A DNA stretch of 64,000 nt from Squalus acanthias (GCA_030390025.1 CM059431.1:135410001-135474000), one strand, 5' to 3'. Shown: positions 23,998 through 38,050, numbered from the stretch's first letter. Notes: a model not told the origin generated them from the letters alone. A program made the numbers and translations.

Positions 23998-24890
23998 GGG
24001 GTAGAAATTAGGTCGCGCCCCATTTGGGGCGCAAATATCGTCTGGACGCAAATATTAGCGCCTGGCGCTAATTATCGGCACTGACAGGAAACTTCACTTT
24101 TACCGCCCCGGGAGGTGAGTGGAGCGCTAAAGCAGGCGCTGCACACCTGTCTTAAGGCGCAAAGGCCGAGCAGTGAGGCGCTAACTCAGAGCGCTGGCGA
24201 AGCTCATGTAATGTCAGTCAGCAATGAAACACACACACAATGGCACGGGCCAGTTCTTAAAGGGGATGGTTAATCTTGCTTTCCATCCACATCCTGTTCA
24301 TTGCAGCCTTGAATCTCGGCCTGGAGAGACTTGCACATCAAATGTGCTGGAAAGAACAATGGAGAGTAACAGGCAAAGAGCTCAGAGTGCAGCTCCCACA
24401 GTCTCTGCTAAATCGATACAAGGAATGGCAAATCAAAATGAACCTGCAAAGTGCTGCTGAGTACCCAAAACTCCTTCACACAACGTTGAATCTCTCCAGA
24501 AGTCTCTCCCTCTCTCTCTCAGAATGCGTAGTTCAAAAATGCCACCAACAATAAAAGACAGGAAGAGGCCCCCTTTAAATAGCGCCCCCCCCAGCCCCAC
24601 AGCGATTGATAACGTTCCAGTCTTCTGGTCGTTGGATGCGCCAGGCGGTAAGGCAGGGGGTGCCACTCAATTTCCGCTCCGGGGCGCCACAAGGGCGTTG
24701 CACCATGGAATGACGTCGCAATCTGCGCGCGCAGGTGGTCGCAGCGGTAAGTTTTAGCGCCGCCGCACAATCTCAAGTTAAGTTCTCGAGCGGCGCAAAC
24801 ATCGCTGCGCACGGGCGTTAGCGGCTTTGCGCCCCATTAGCGCCCTCTTAAGGCGCTAACGGGAGGCGCAACCAAGTGAATTTTTACCCC
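23998..24890. mobile_element. Non-autonomous Harbinger element (MITE), 893 bp
   Basis: TIRs ggggtagaaatt / aatttttacccc (11/12), TSD TAA; removing it restores the CR1 sequence aaaataagaatct. Confidence 0.92.
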
Positions 24891-25064
24891 TAAGAATCTA
24901 AATGGGGTAGAGGCACAAAGGGATCTAGGAGTACAGGTACACAAATTATTAAAAGTAGCAACACATGTTAACAAAGCCATAAAAAAGTACAAAGAAAGAA
25001 CTGGGGTTCATTTCTGGAGGAATAGAATTCAAAAGCGGAGAAATTATGTTAAACTTACATAGAA

Positions 25065-25352
25065 TCATAGAATCATCGAAGATAGGAGCAGGAGTAGGCC
25101 ATTCGGCCCCTCTAGCCTGCTCCGCCATTCAATGCGATCATGGCTGATCATCCAAATTCAGTACCCTGTCCCTGCTTTCTCCCCATATCCCTTGATCCCT
25201 TTAGCCTTAAGAAATATATCCAACTCCTTCTTGTATCTATTTAATGAATTGGCCTCTACTGCCTTCTGTGGCAGAGAATTCCACAGGTTCACCACTCTCT
25301 GGGTGAAGAAATTCCTCTGCATTTCTGTCCTAAATGGCTTACCCCTTATCCT
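25065..25352 (-). mobile_element. CR1 3' end insertion
   Basis: Reverse complement of the 15450-15735-type end with a (catagaat)n tail; tagaa duplicated at the junctions. Confidence 0.88.
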
Positions 25353-26065
25353 TAGAACCTTGGTTAGACCACACTTGGAGTATTGTGCACAGTTCTGTTC
25401 TCTATGTTACAAAAAGGATATAGAAGCAGTTGAGAAGGTGCAAAAAAGATTTACTGGGACGATCCCAGAACTGAGAGGGTATAACTATCAGGAAAGACTG
25501 AACAGGCTGGGACTCTTTTCTCACAAAGACTAGGAGACTAGAAAAGGTGGCTTGATAGAGGTCTTTAAAATTATGAAGGGATTTGATAGGGTAGAAATAG
25601 AGAAGATATTTCCACTTGTGGGGGAATCTAAAACTAGGCACCAGAAATTTAAGATAGTCTCTAATAAATCCAATAAGGAATTCAGGAGAAACTTCTTTTC
25701 TCAGAGAATGGTGAGAATGTGGAACTCGCTACCAAATTGAGTGATTGAGGCGAATAGCATAGATGCATTTAAGGGGAAGCTAGACAGGTACATAAGGGAG
25801 AAAGGAATAGAAGACTATGTGATAGTGTCAGATGAAGTAAGATGGAAGGAGAGTCATGTGCATCATAAAAATCAGCATATGTCTTTCTGTGCTGTAAATT
25901 CTATGTAATGCTATGTAACTTTCAAGTATCAAAGACCTAAGTGTATTCTGAAATGCTTTTTTTCATGAATAAAAGAACAATTTTATCTCCTTATATTTTA
26001 TGGGTACTGGCAGAATTTATTTTAAATTACTTCTAGAAATTACTAGCTAAATCCAAATTACTAGA

Positions 26066-28633
26066 GAAATACCAAGGGGCAGAAAACGTTAGTGGGAGTG
26101 GTATACAGACCCCCAAACAGTAATGCGGAGGTTGGGGATGACATTAAAAAGGGAAATTAGAGAAGCGTGCAATAATGGCACAGCAGTTATCATGGGTGAC
26201 TTTAATTTACATATAGATTGGGCTAACCAAATTAGTAAAAGTACTGTGGAGGAGGAATTCCTGGAGTGTATACGGGATGGTTTCCTGGACCAATATGTCG
26301 AGGAACCAACTAGAGATCAGGCCATCTTAGACTGGGTATTATGTAATGAGAAAGGATTAATTAACAATCTTGTTGTGCGAGGCCCCTTGGGTCAGAGCGA
26401 TCATAATATGATAGAATTCTTCATTAAAATGGAGAGTGAAGTAGTTGACTCGGAGACTAGGGTCCTGAATTTAAATAAAGGAAACTACGATGGTATGAGG
26501 CGCGAGTTGGGTAGGATTGATTGGGGAATGTTACTCAAAGGGCTGACGGTGGATAGGCAATGGCAAACATTCAAAGATCGCATGGATGAACTGCAGAATT
26601 TGTTCATCCCTGTTTGGCATAAAAATAAAACAAAAAAGGTGACTCAACCATGGCTAACAAAGGAAATTAGGACTAGCATAAGATCCAAGGAGAGGACATA
26701 TAAATTGGCCAGAAAAAGCAGTAAACCTGAGGATTGGGAGCAGTTTAGGATTCAGCAAAGGAGGACAAAGGGATTAATTAAGAGGGGGAAAATAGAGTAT
26801 GAGAGTAAATTTGCAGGGAACATAGAAACTGACTGTAAAAGCTTTTATAGATATGTGAAGAGAAAAAGATTGGTGAAGTCAAACGTAGGTCCCTTGCAGT
26901 CAGAATCAGGGGAATTTATAATGGGGAACAAAGAAATGGCAGAGCAATTAAATACATACTTTGGTTCTGTCTTCACAAAGGAGTACATAAATAACCTCCC
27001 AGAGATGTCGGGGAACATAGGGTCTAATGAGAGGGAGGAACTGAAAGAAATCAGTATTTGTAGGGAAATGGTGTTAGCGAAATTGATGGGATTGAAGGCC
27101 GATAAATCCCCAGGGCCTGAAAATCTACATCCTAGGGTACTTAAGGAAGTGGCCCTAGAAATAGTAGATGCATTGCTGGTCATCTACCAAAATTCGATAG
27201 ATTCTGGAACAGTACCCATGGATTGGAGGGTAGCTAATGTTACCCCACTATTCAAAAATGGTGGTAGAGAGAAAACGGGGAATTATAGACCGATAAGCCT
27301 GACATCGGTAGTGGGAAAAATGCTGGAGTCCATTATAAAAGATGTAATAGCAGAGCACTTGGAAAACAGTGACAGGATCGGACAAAGCCAACATGGATTT
27401 ACAAAAGGTAAATCATGCTTCACTAATCTACTGGAATTTTTTGAAGATGTAACTGGTAAAATAGATAAGGGAGAACCAGTGGATGTGGTGTATTTGGACT
27501 TTCAGAAGGCTTTTGATAAGGTCCCGCATAACAGATTAGCATGTAAAGTTAAGGCACATGGGATTGGGGGCAAGGTATTGACTTGGATAGAGAACTGGTT
27601 GGCAGACAGAAGGCAAAGAGTTGGAATAAACGCGTCTTTTTCCGAGTGGCAGGCAGTGACTAGTGGGGTACCGCAGGGATCGGTCCTAGGACCCCAGCTG
27701 TTCACAATATACATTAATGATCTAGACGAGGGAACGAGATGTAATATCTCCAAGTTTGCAGATGACACAAAGCTGGGTGGGCGTGTGTGCTGTGAGGAGG
27801 ATGCCGAAAAACTGCAGTATGATTTGGACAGGTTGTGTGATTGGGCAGAATCATGGCAGATGCATTATAATGTGGATAAATGTGAGGTTATCCACTTTGG
27901 TGTCAAAAACGGGAAGGCAGATTATTATCTGAACGGCAATAGATTGGGAGAAGGGGAAGTGCAACGAGACCTGGGTGTCCTTGTGCACCAGTCGCCGAAG
28001 GTAAGCATGCAGTTGCAGCAGGCGGTTAAGAAGGCAAATGGTATGTTGGCCTTCGTAGCGAGAAGGTTCGAATACAGGAACAAGAATGTCTTGCTGCAGT
28101 TGTACAGGGCCTTGGTGAGACCACACCTTGAGTATTGTGTGCAGTTTTGGTCGCCTTATCTGAGGAAGGATGTTCTTGCCATGGAGGGAGTGCAGCGAAG
28201 ATTCACCAGACTGATACCTGGGATGGCAGGAATGACGTATGAGGAGAGATTGGGTTCATTGAAACTTATAAAATTCTAACAGGACTAGACAGACTAGATG
28301 CAGGAAGTATGTTCCCGATGGTCGGGGAGTCCAGAACCAGGGGTCACAGTCTAAAGAAAAGGGGCAAGCCATTTAGGACAGAGATGAGGATGAATTTCTT
28401 CACCCAGAGAGTGGTGAACCTGTGGAATTCTCTACCACAGAAGGCAGTGGAGGTCAATTCATTAAATATATTCAAGAAGGAGTTAGATATATTTCTTAAG
28501 GCTAAAGGGATATGGGGAAAAGGCAGGGACAGGGTACTGAATTTGGATGATCAGCCATGATCTCATTGAATGGCGGAGCAGGCTCGAGGGGCCGAATGGC
28601 CTACTCCTGCTCCTATCTTCTATGTTTCTATGT
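26066..28633 (+). mobile_element. CR1 LINE, 5'-truncated, with most of ORF2
   Basis: Starts in the endonuclease (VGVVYRPP), runs through RT and ends in the (tttctatg)n tail; small deletion near 28255. Confidence 0.96.
26123..28279 (+). pseudogene. CR1 ORF2 (partial endonuclease plus reverse transcriptase), 718-aa open frame
   Basis: MGDFN, SDH, KSPGP, NYRPISLTS, LDFQKAFDKVPH, GVPQGSVLGP, FADD; N-terminally truncated and C-terminally frameshifted. Confidence 0.93.
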
Positions 28634-28730
28634 CCCACAAACAGCAATGAGATACTGACCAGATAATCTTTTTTAGTGACGTGGTTGAGGAATAAATATT
28701 GGCCAGGACTGGGAGGACTCCTCTGCTCTT
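28634..28730 (-). mobile_element. SacSINE1-like DeuSINE internal fragment
   Basis: Reverse complement of gtcctggccaatatttat...ctcaacca...cactaaaa...gattatctggtca...ttgctgtttgtggg, recalled as the shark DeuSINE body. Confidence 0.6.
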
Positions 28731-29084
28731 ATTTTACTCCTCTGTACCGTACTAACAGTATAGTGTTGGAGGAGGGGGGAATTTAGAGAACAGGATAAAC
28801 CATAAGGAGCAACTTTATTCTGTGAGCAAGGAGGGCCACATAATTCATGAATAAGTTTCAGTGTTGTGAGCGGAATAGTTCTGCATTTTATATTTGGCTT
28901 GTACATTAGTTTGGAGGTCACTTTCTTTCAAAAGTAATTTCTATTTTACTAGTTTAAAATAAATCCATATTGATTGGGCCACTTCATAATTCCAAAGTTG
29001 TCATACCTGTTCCAAATATTGTTCCATATATGTTCCAAATGTTTTCTTAATCTTCTCCAGAGATCTTGGCTACCACTTTTACAT

Positions 29085-29300
29085 GGCAACTTTAATGTAG
29101 AATAACATCCCAAGGCACTTCACAGACGTGTAAAGAAAAAGAATAGATGGCTAGCCAAAAAAGGAGATACTGGAGGGATGACCAAATGTTTGGTCAAAGG
29201 CATCAGTTTTAAGAATGGTCTTAAAAGAGGGGAGGGAGATGGAGAGACCAAGGGGTTTAACGAGGGAATTATAAGGTGTGGGGCCTAGGCATAAGGGACT
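29085..29300 (-). mobile_element. L2-type 3' remnant
   Basis: Minus frame SFKTILKTDAFDQTF (L2 ORF2 end) and a gtgaagtgccttgggatgtt tail. Confidence 0.6.
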
Positions 29301-29427
29301 GAAGCTTACAAGTGATAAGCGAATATTTTCTTCTGTGCCTTTATGTGGATAATTGTACACAGGAAGGAAAATGGGTGACATACCTATTGTTAAGTTAGCT
29401 GAGGGTGAAGTTCAAAGATCTAAAGGC

Positions 29428-29496
29428 ATCAGTAAAGTTGGTGCTTAATATAAATCAGTAAAGTTGGTGCTTAATATAATCAGTAAAGTTGGTGCG
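29428..29496. repeat. Tandem repeat, ~25-bp unit x ~2.7
   Basis: atcagtaaagttggtgcttaatata(a) repeated. Confidence 0.9.
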
Positions 29497-29968
29497 TAAG
29501 GCCTGCTTTTACCAGCGTAAGAGTTTAAAAAAACATTAAAATTATTTTTATTCAATCATTTATATATAAATAAAACCTGTGCAATAAGGTAAGGTTATTT
29601 TTAGCCCCTTTAAAAGATTTAAATTAATTCATCAAAAAATAAAATTTTTGTTTTAAATATGTAATTTAAAAAAAATTATTTGATGTGTACATGTATTTTT
29701 TGGGGTATTCCCATTCATGCTTATGGGGTTTCCGTACATGCGGAATCCCCATAAGCATGAATGGGGATTCCCTTCTTTTATTGGTTGATCCCAGGGACGC
29801 TTGTGAACCGCCTGTGCCCCTGAGCTACGTGGGCCTCTACCCACGCGTATCTGGAGAGGCCCAGGACCGCGAGTCTCCGTACCTCCTGGACCACCAGGTA
29901 CGCGGGCATTTTATTTGCGGATCGGAGGCATTTTCCCGCGGGAAGCCTCTGACCGCAAATTCAGGGCC
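29497..29968. mobile_element. MITE half with an internal hairpin
   Basis: End ctgaccgcaaattcagggcc; 25-bp-arm palindrome at 29710-29765. Confidence 0.6.
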
Positions 29969-30376
29969 AATATAAAAACACTGGCCCTATGATCAGTCTA
30001 TTTCCACTGATAAGATACTGTATCTTGCTGTAGTAATGGTGTATGTTAGACTGCATTGGTGGAATATGTACTATTTTCCCTCTGCTAAAATAATTAGCCA
30101 CATTAATGTAGAATTTTAAAAATAACAGTCAAACACTATTTCACTAACACTGTGAGCACTGATATTTTTCAGTGGTTCGTTAAGGGAATTTTGTTTTTGG
30201 ATCTTATTTCCTGCTGAGAAATCTGCTATTAGATCCACACATGGGTAGGTTTGTAGATACCTCACAGCTTGCTGTGCACAAGTACATCATCCTCTTGTGG
30301 GGTCAGGTGTAGGTCACAGCATGCACAGCTTTAATTTACCTGCTTTGGAAGATGGTTCAGTGAGAAGAGCTGGATA

Positions 30377-31122
30377 GGCTGGATTTTGCAGTCATCGGCA
30401 AACGCACGGCGTTAGCTGTTCGCTGCACTACCACTTTCCCACAGACTGACATGGAAGTTCTCTCAGGCAACCATCGAAAAAGTGCAGTGCCCTCTACAGA
30501 GCATCTGGGACCTGTGTGAACAGGGCAAGCAACTGTGTATCTCCTTAACCAATCAGATTGAAGAATCGTTAATGAACAGTGCAGAGTCTAAACCAGGAAA
30601 TGTCAGTTAGAATATTGAATTCAATGTCAAATCAGGTACAGAAAGTGAAATAGAGGGAAAAAAGTTTGGATTAAGAGAGATAGAGAAAAGAGATGGAAAA
30701 AAAGAAATATATATTTTTTTAAATCTCCAACAATAATTGAAATCTGAAGGAATGAGACTCCACACTTGTTAAAGTTAATTTTCAGTATCAGAGTGATTTT
30801 TGGCAGTAATTAAGTCTTACCTCGCCATTAAAAGGGTATTTACACTGGAATGGATAAGCCCTAACTTTTTCTGGCGAGTTTAGTGGGTATATATCATGTA
30901 AGTAGAGCAACTTCATGCCGTTCCATTTATTTCAATGGCGCGTCTCTCGGCGAGATACTGGTATCACACAGCTTTTGGAGGAGCAGGGCAACTCGGACAG
31001 AAACTTCCGATTTCTGCATTTAGCTGCGCATGTGCATTTGCTGGAATTTGCTGTCCAATTTACACTTTAATAATGGTGAGCATTGTAAGTCTCACTGTCA
31101 CTTCTACCGCAAAATCCAGCCC
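30377..31122. mobile_element. Harbinger-type MITE (family also at ~35533-36960 inverted, and ~62205-62640)
   Basis: TIRs ggctggattttgc / gcaaaatccagccc; the internal sequence tgtgtatctccttaaccaatcagattgaag is shared by all three copies. Confidence 0.8.
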
Positions 31123-32611
31123 AATGTATTATCTCTCACAGGAGCTAGGGTTCAAATCCCATTATTGAACATTACCAACAGTGGGCTCTGACACTGGCTC
31201 AGCAGTGGCAGACTGAAAACTGAAAGTTCATGTTATGTGTTTGGTGCATGTCCTGCTGGGTACAATTGATCCACTTTAGCAGGATAATCTTGTTGCCCTG
31301 TTTCCTTTAATGCTATTAAATTCAATTATAATGCTGTTATTATAGTAGATCAATAATTATCTGCTGTGTTCTGTTTATGGTTCCTACTCTCAGTTGCCTA
31401 CCCAATATACTGCTTAGTACAACGTAAAATGTAAAAATCATATAGTTTAAAAAATATATACTGTACTGATGTTCGCTAAAATATAAAGCAATTAACATAG
31501 CAAAAAAGTGGCCTCAATATGGTTTTCAGACTCATTTTACTTGGGTTCCTTTTAATATCATAACAAAAACTTTAGCCACTGAATTTTTAGTCAGCACAAC
31601 TGTTAACACAATGGTTATTTTAAGCACTAGATTAAATTAGTTGCTTAGCATCATTAGTGGCATGTTGAAAACTGTCTATCTTACCTTTCCCTAATGCCAG
31701 CATAGGTGGTGACCTTTTAAAAAAACCTGTCTCTGGAATAGCTGTTTAGGCTGTCAGACGCTGGCACGCTCACCTCGTTAGAAGGTTGAGGTTGGCTCAC
31801 TGCAGCATTTACTGCATTGTCCACATTAAGGCTAATAAAACATAATTTAATAAATGCACCTGCTGTAACTGACAGAAGTTCACACAAAGCAGAATAACAG
31901 AGAGATCTAATTATTTGGTTATCAAAATGAAATTAAAATACACAAATCAGTCTGAAACATTTTTCAAATGATTGCGCTTTCCATCTTGTTAACGTTTCAA
32001 TTTAAAAGCTTTACAGTAGGTTTTGGTAATCACTGGAATGAATACAAATATTTAAACTTTCTGCATATTTGGGATTTGAAATCTGGTGTGAAGTACTTTA
32101 ACTACACCCTTGCCACTAAATGAGTTGGGTGCGAACAGGTAAAAACTACATTTCACACCTGAGATAGAAAGGACTTTGCATGGGTTGACCCTGTTCCTAC
32201 CACTCTCCTGGCACTTACCTGAGAGTTACTGCCAGCAAGACAGATGGCCCTAGTTTTTTTAGGGCCAGAGAGGTTGTTCAGCTGTAATTATGACTTAGTA
32301 CGTCATTAAAAACTCAGTTACACCTCAGTCCACAAGACTTAACTTTTTCAATGTTTTTTTACAGCGAGAATAGTGCGTAAAAAGTTGAAGTTTACGTCAA
32401 ATCACTTAATCTGTGCTGATTGCATCTGCGAAGACTGCAACAGCGCACCCTGTGGAGGAGCTGACAGTTTCACCATCATTACAGCTGCAAATTCCAGGCC
32501 AACATTGTTGCTACATTATCCAATCGGTCTCGGCAGCCCCTTGTATAAATTGCCTGGTTCCTAGTCAGGAGAGGTGTGTGTAAAGCTCTGCTCCCAGCCA
32601 ATAAATTTTAA

Positions 32612-33311
32612 GGGGGAGAAATACGGTTACACACCGTTTGGGGGCAGTAACCGAATTAGCACCACCCATTTAGCGCCTGGCGCGGGACTACCGCCCCGGC
32701 CGCTAAATTGGGCTTACTGCCCCAGCAAGGAAGCGGAGCACTATCTCGGGAGCTCCACTTCCTCTCGGGGCGCTATCTGGGGCACAAAGCACAGTAGTAC
32801 CAGCGTACTACGCGGCTGTTCCGCGTAGCACTGACACGTTACATCGCCCCTCCCCTTCCATTAAAGGGGAGGGATGCTGCGCACTCTGGCCACAGCTGGG
32901 CTGCTTGATGGCGGCCACAGCCCACACCAAGAGCCGCCATGAGGGGCCGACCTGGAGGTCGGCCAAAACAATGAGATGGCGGCGCAGAGCGCAGCCGGGT
33001 TTCCCCTTTAATTACTGCCTCGCGAGTGGAGGTCAGCCCGGTTTGCGACCTGCGAGGCTGTCGCTGACATCGCCCATGGCAGCTTCGTGGGGCGCAGCCA
33101 AATTTCTACCATGGCGGGGCGCTAAGCGATCGCCTCGCTCGGCGATGATGTCATCGCTGGAGGCGCAGCACCGCGGGGCGCTACCAGTTATTGCTGCTGC
33201 TAACCTCCCGCTGAATTTCACGGGAGGCATTAGCGGCACCACGCCCTGGTGCTAGGGGATTTGCTTCCCATTAGCGCCTCTGAGAGGCGCAAACCAACTT
33301 AATTTTTCCCC
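32612..33311. mobile_element. GC-rich Harbinger-type MITE
   Basis: taa|gggggagaaat ... aatttttcccc; subterminal similarity to 23998-24890. Confidence 0.75.
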
Positions 33312-34216
33312 AAAATATTTTGGGAGGTGAGAGCTCCCAAATAACTTGAAATAAGTTCTGCTGCAGCTTATAAAGCAAGCTCTCTGTGTACTTTTTAAAC
33401 TATACTTGACATTGCGCCGGAGTTATAATCCATCTGGTGTCAAGCAGAAGGAGTGAAGCCTGCTTCCTCCAAGGGTTCTCACACTACTTCCCTACTGAGA
33501 TCCAGCTCCACAGTTACATTGTCAGTTTTGGGCTACTTTTGGTGGCTGTCACCAAAAAATGGGAGTGCAACTGTTGCCTCCTTAATTGTTTAAAAACATA
33601 TGTTTGCTCCTAATGTATCCTGAAAAGGTTGTTTCACTGGAGTTTATAGTTGCAAAGATGCACACAAATAATTTTGCTTTGTCCAAGTATTAACCATCAA
33701 AAATTACATAAGCTATATGAAATAGCCAAATGTCTCTCCAAATAATCTTGCTAAATTCCAGATAAAGATGATTAGGGGCTGTCACATTTCAGAATTTTGT
33801 GCGCATATTTCCTTGAAAAGAATTTAGAAAAAAGTTTATTTTAAATGTTGATTTTAAAAAGCAAAGTGGATTTTAACAGGTTTAAAAAGGAAGCCTACAG
33901 GCAGTCATTTGCTGATTGACACAATTACCAGGGACAATGGGTGTGGCGAAGGGACATCAGCCTTTGGCTCACTGTAAATTGGACTTGGGTTTCATCTGCA
34001 TAAAAGAAGCCAGCTGTAGATACCAATCAGGTGCCCTGATGCAGCTTGAATCACAGTAGAATTTGGTTTTGCATTTATTTCTATTGCCCATGAGGTTATT
34101 GATTGATTGAGTTTCTTCTACGTTGTCCAGGCTTGTTGCTTTATTTGGTTGAGAGTTTACAATGTGAAGTTGTCTCTTTTGTACATATTTAAAATGCAGA
34201 TTTTTTTCTCCGCCCA

Positions 34217-34300
34217 CGTACTTCAGTGGCTGTAAAGCACTTTGAGACGTCCGGTGGTCGTGAAAGGCGCTATATAAATCCAGGTCTTTCTTTCTTTCTT
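34217..34300 (+). mobile_element. SacSINE1/L2-type 3' tail
   Basis: gtacttcagtggctgtaaagcactttgagacgtcc...gtgaaaggcgctatataaat...(cttt)n. Confidence 0.75.
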
Positions 34301-34449
34301 TTTATAACATGATTGTAGCCTACATGAGGTAGAATATTTACTCCTTGATTCCTACAAATCTGTTGGTAAGCCAAGTATCCTTTTGTAGGATGTCTCTCAT
34401 ATGTCGGAAACTCTGTGCTAGTGGACAGAGATGCAGACACAGAAACAGT

Positions 34450-35230
34450 ACCACCATGAAAGCCCCCCTTTCTTTGGGCGCTAAACAGCCTACTTATGTC
34501 TCATGGCGGCCAGCAAGCGCTCACACAAGACCAGCCACTAGTGCGCTGCCTGCCATATTGGTGAAGGTGGATGCATTGGTGGCAGGAGCACACATCCAGA
34601 GTATGAAAAGGGCAGAAAATATTATTTAAATTAAGCTCCTGCACTTCTTTCAGGACGCGTTTCCGATTTTGATATGCCCCAGCATGTTACACACCACGTG
34701 CTGAAGTTGCCTAGCAACACATGGCGCTGATGAGCAGGAAGGGCCTCTCACCAATGATATTTAACGGAATCATCTACTACTTACAGATTTGATGCTGGTT
34801 TGCCATTTCAGGTTGCTGGTTAACTTCTGGGCATATGTTGGTGGGTTTCATCACTCTGGAATGTTAAGTTTGTCTGCTGAGAACCAGATTTTGTTGGTGT
34901 TACACTGTTGTTGGCTGCCTCAGAGATAATCTAGCTGTATGTCTGGTCTCATAGGGTTGTCTTCTGGGCTGCAGGACAAGCAGGAGCAGCAAGGAAGATA
35001 CCAGAGAGCAGGAGCAGTTGCCAGATAAGGGAGGAGGAGGGCACTTTGCAGGAGGTCATATCCACAGCGGGTATTCAGGGAGCACTTCTGCTACCTCAAC
35101 TTTACTCAGGCGCAACATCTCCGGTACCTTCGCTTCACCATGGAGGCTGTCCCGAACTATGTCATCTGCTGCAGTCAGAACTCAAGCCTCAAACCCGGGT
35201 ATGGACAGCACTGCCTGTGGCTGTCAAAAT
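34450..35230 (+). mobile_element. Degenerate Harbinger left arm with transposase N-terminus
   Basis: Remnants of RRSYPQRVFREHF.YLNF...LRFT...ALPVAVK; followed by a CR1 tail to ~35345. Confidence 0.7.
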
Positions 35231-35899
35231 GCAGGGCTATGGGGAAAGAGCAGGGGAGTGGAACTATTTGGATGGCTCTTTCAAAGAGTTGGCACTGGCA
35301 CGATGGTCTACATGGCCTCTTTCTGTGCTGTATGATTCTATGGTATCATTCATCTGCACAAACAAACACACACGCACAGAATTTGTTAACAGTATCTCAG
35401 AATACCAGCTTTAGGCTTCAACAAAAGGGAAGTTTTAGCTGAGGGAAATTGTTGCAGGCACTTCTAACAGTTGTTAATCTATTTTTTTAGGAAAGCTTAG
35501 TGATTTTGTTTAGGATTATGTAATGTTTTTAATGGGCTGGATTTTGCACATGAGCAGTTAAATGCAGAAATCCGGAAGTTGCTATCCGCTATGCCTTGCT
35601 CATCCGAAAGCTTTCCTCATAGATAAGGACTAAACTCGCCAAAAAAGTTAGGGCTTATACATTTGAGTCTAAATACCCTTTTAACAGTGTTGTAAGTCTT
35701 AATTGCTGCCAAACAACCACTCTGGCACTGAAAATTAACTTTAACAAGTGTGGAGTCTCATTCTTTCAGATTTTAATTATTGCTCAAGGTTTAAAAAAAG
35801 AATTAAATACATTTTTGTTTTACTTTTTCTTTCTGTCTCTTTTAACTCTCTTAATTCGATCTGTTTTCTCTCTCTATTTCGCTTTCTGTACCAGATTTT

Positions 35900-36762
35900 T
35901 AAGGCTAGGCGCAGACTTCAGGAGAACATAGACAGACTGGTGAAATGAGCAGATGCAATTTAATGCAGATAAGTGTAAAGTAATGCACTTTGGGAGAAAT
36001 GACACAAAGAGGCAGTATAATCTAAATGGTACTATTTTGATTGGTGCAAGAGCAGAGGGACCTGGGGTGCATATTCTCAAATCCTTGAAGGTGGCAGGGC
36101 AAGTTGATAAGGCAGTTAAGAAAACATGTGGATACTTGACTTTGTAAGTAGGGGCATTGAATACAAAAACAAGTCAGTCATGCTAAACCTTTACAAATCA
36201 TTGGTTAGGCCTCAGCTGGAGTATTGTGTCCAATTCTGGGCATCACACTTTAGGAAGGATGTCAAGGCCTTGGGGAGGGTACAGAGGAGCTTTACCAGGA
36301 TGATACCAGGGATGAGGGATTTCAGTTATATGGAGAGATTGGAGTAGCTGGGATTGTTCTCCTTGGAGCAGAGAAGATTAAGGGGAGACATAATAGAGGT
36401 ATTCAAATTATGAGGGGTTTTGATAGAGCAAGTAGGGAGAAATGGTTTCCTCTGTCAAGTGGGTCAGTAACCAGAGTTCGCAGATTTAAAATAATTGGCT
36501 AAGAAACTAGAGGGGAAATGAGAAGAAACGATTTCACAAAGAGGGTTGTTATGATCTGGAATGCATTACCTGAAAGGGTGGTGGAATCAGATTACATAGG
36601 AACTTTCAAAAGGCAATTGGACATGTATTTAAAGAGAACTAATTAGCAGGGTTATGGGGATAAAGCTGAGGTGTGAGACTAAATTGGACTGCTCTTTCAA
36701 AGAGCCGGCACAGGCACAATGGGCCGAATGGCCTCCTTCTGTGCTGTAAGTGTCTATGATTC
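35900..36762 (+). mobile_element. CR1 3' fragment inside a MITE
   Basis: [27 protein letters not shown], 3' tail. Confidence 0.9.
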
Positions 36763-38050
36763 AACATTAAATTCAATATTCTAACTGACACTTTCTGGTT
36801 CACATTACTTTTTAATAATTCTTCAATCTGATTGGTTAAGGAGATACACAGTTGCTTACCCTGTTCACACAGGGCCCAGATGCCCTGTAGAGGGTGCTGT
36901 GCTTTTTGGATGGTTGGCTGACAGCAACTAGTTGTGCAAAAGCCCGTAGAAAGTCTGTGTTAGTTTTGTGGTGCTTGTTGTCAAGTGAATGATAGCTTTG
37001 GGAAAAAAATACCTATCTGGTCAATTTCTCCCGCAGTTGGTAATTGAATCAAACCATTGTTGGTTTGTTTACATTTGGTCCTTATTTCAGCCAATCACTA
37101 ATTTGTGCACCATGAACGTGTGGCACCTTAATGTATGATAATTTCAGGTGTGATGCAGCAGATGTGTGATAGATGCAAAACTTTTAGTCATATAGATTAA
37201 TTTGGTGAACTTTTTTGTGTTTGCTAAGCACTGTGACACATAATAGGAAAGTCTGGAGCAAACCTTTTGCATTCCAGATGCAGTGTATGGAAGGTCAATA
37301 GAACACTTGTCCACCATTGTAGTCATGCCACGTCACGTACAAGTCACATAACATCTTTGTAACCTAATGATGTGATGATGAATTCTATTGAGCTTCTATA
37401 CATTGCATTATGCATCATCTTGCTGTCGGCTCATATTCTTTTATAATATGCAAGGGCCGCAAGTTTGGAGAACAAGAAGCTTGGGATAGCTTCCTGCAAA
37501 GCCTTCTTTACACAGGAGCTGTAAGTTTACATTTGTTTGAGTTTATCTGCTCCCAAATACCCAGTATAGGTGGGCAGGAGTTATTTACTCTTATCACACA
37601 AAAAAATAATAGTTCTTACATTTTGTTCTCTCTTTAAATATAGGAAAATTTTGATTTACATTAGTCTGATATAAGCAGCATGGTGCATATTCCTTCCTGC
37701 AAAAAGCAATAATAGAGAAAAAATGTCCATGGTTATATTCTCCCAACACACTAACTGACATATGAGCTGCCCTCAGTATAAAAACTGAACTGTTGCGTTC
37801 CTTTTAATCACCTGGATTTGAAGATGAAGATGAAGATGGCCATGAGGGCAAGAGGGGTCAGGGCCTAGGGCTGATAGTACAAATAGAGAATTCATCTGTT
37901 CTGATGAGAAACCTAAATAGAAAAGGTAGTTAAGTGTGCTGCATAATTATTAGTAATGATTCTTTATGTTTCTTAAAGAGCTGTTGTACCTCATACTCAA
38001 TCATGATTTATCTTCTATTTAACCTTTTTATGTGCTCGCTAAGAAATAAT

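Larger units (their letters stand above)
23765..25915 (+). mobile_element. Older CR1 3' region with two nested insertions
   Basis: [28 protein letters not shown]; interrupted at 23998-24890 and ~25065-25352. Confidence 0.85.

Noticed and set aside
29428..29496. CRISPR-like repeat
   Set aside because: Head-to-tail units without spacers, in a eukaryotic context.
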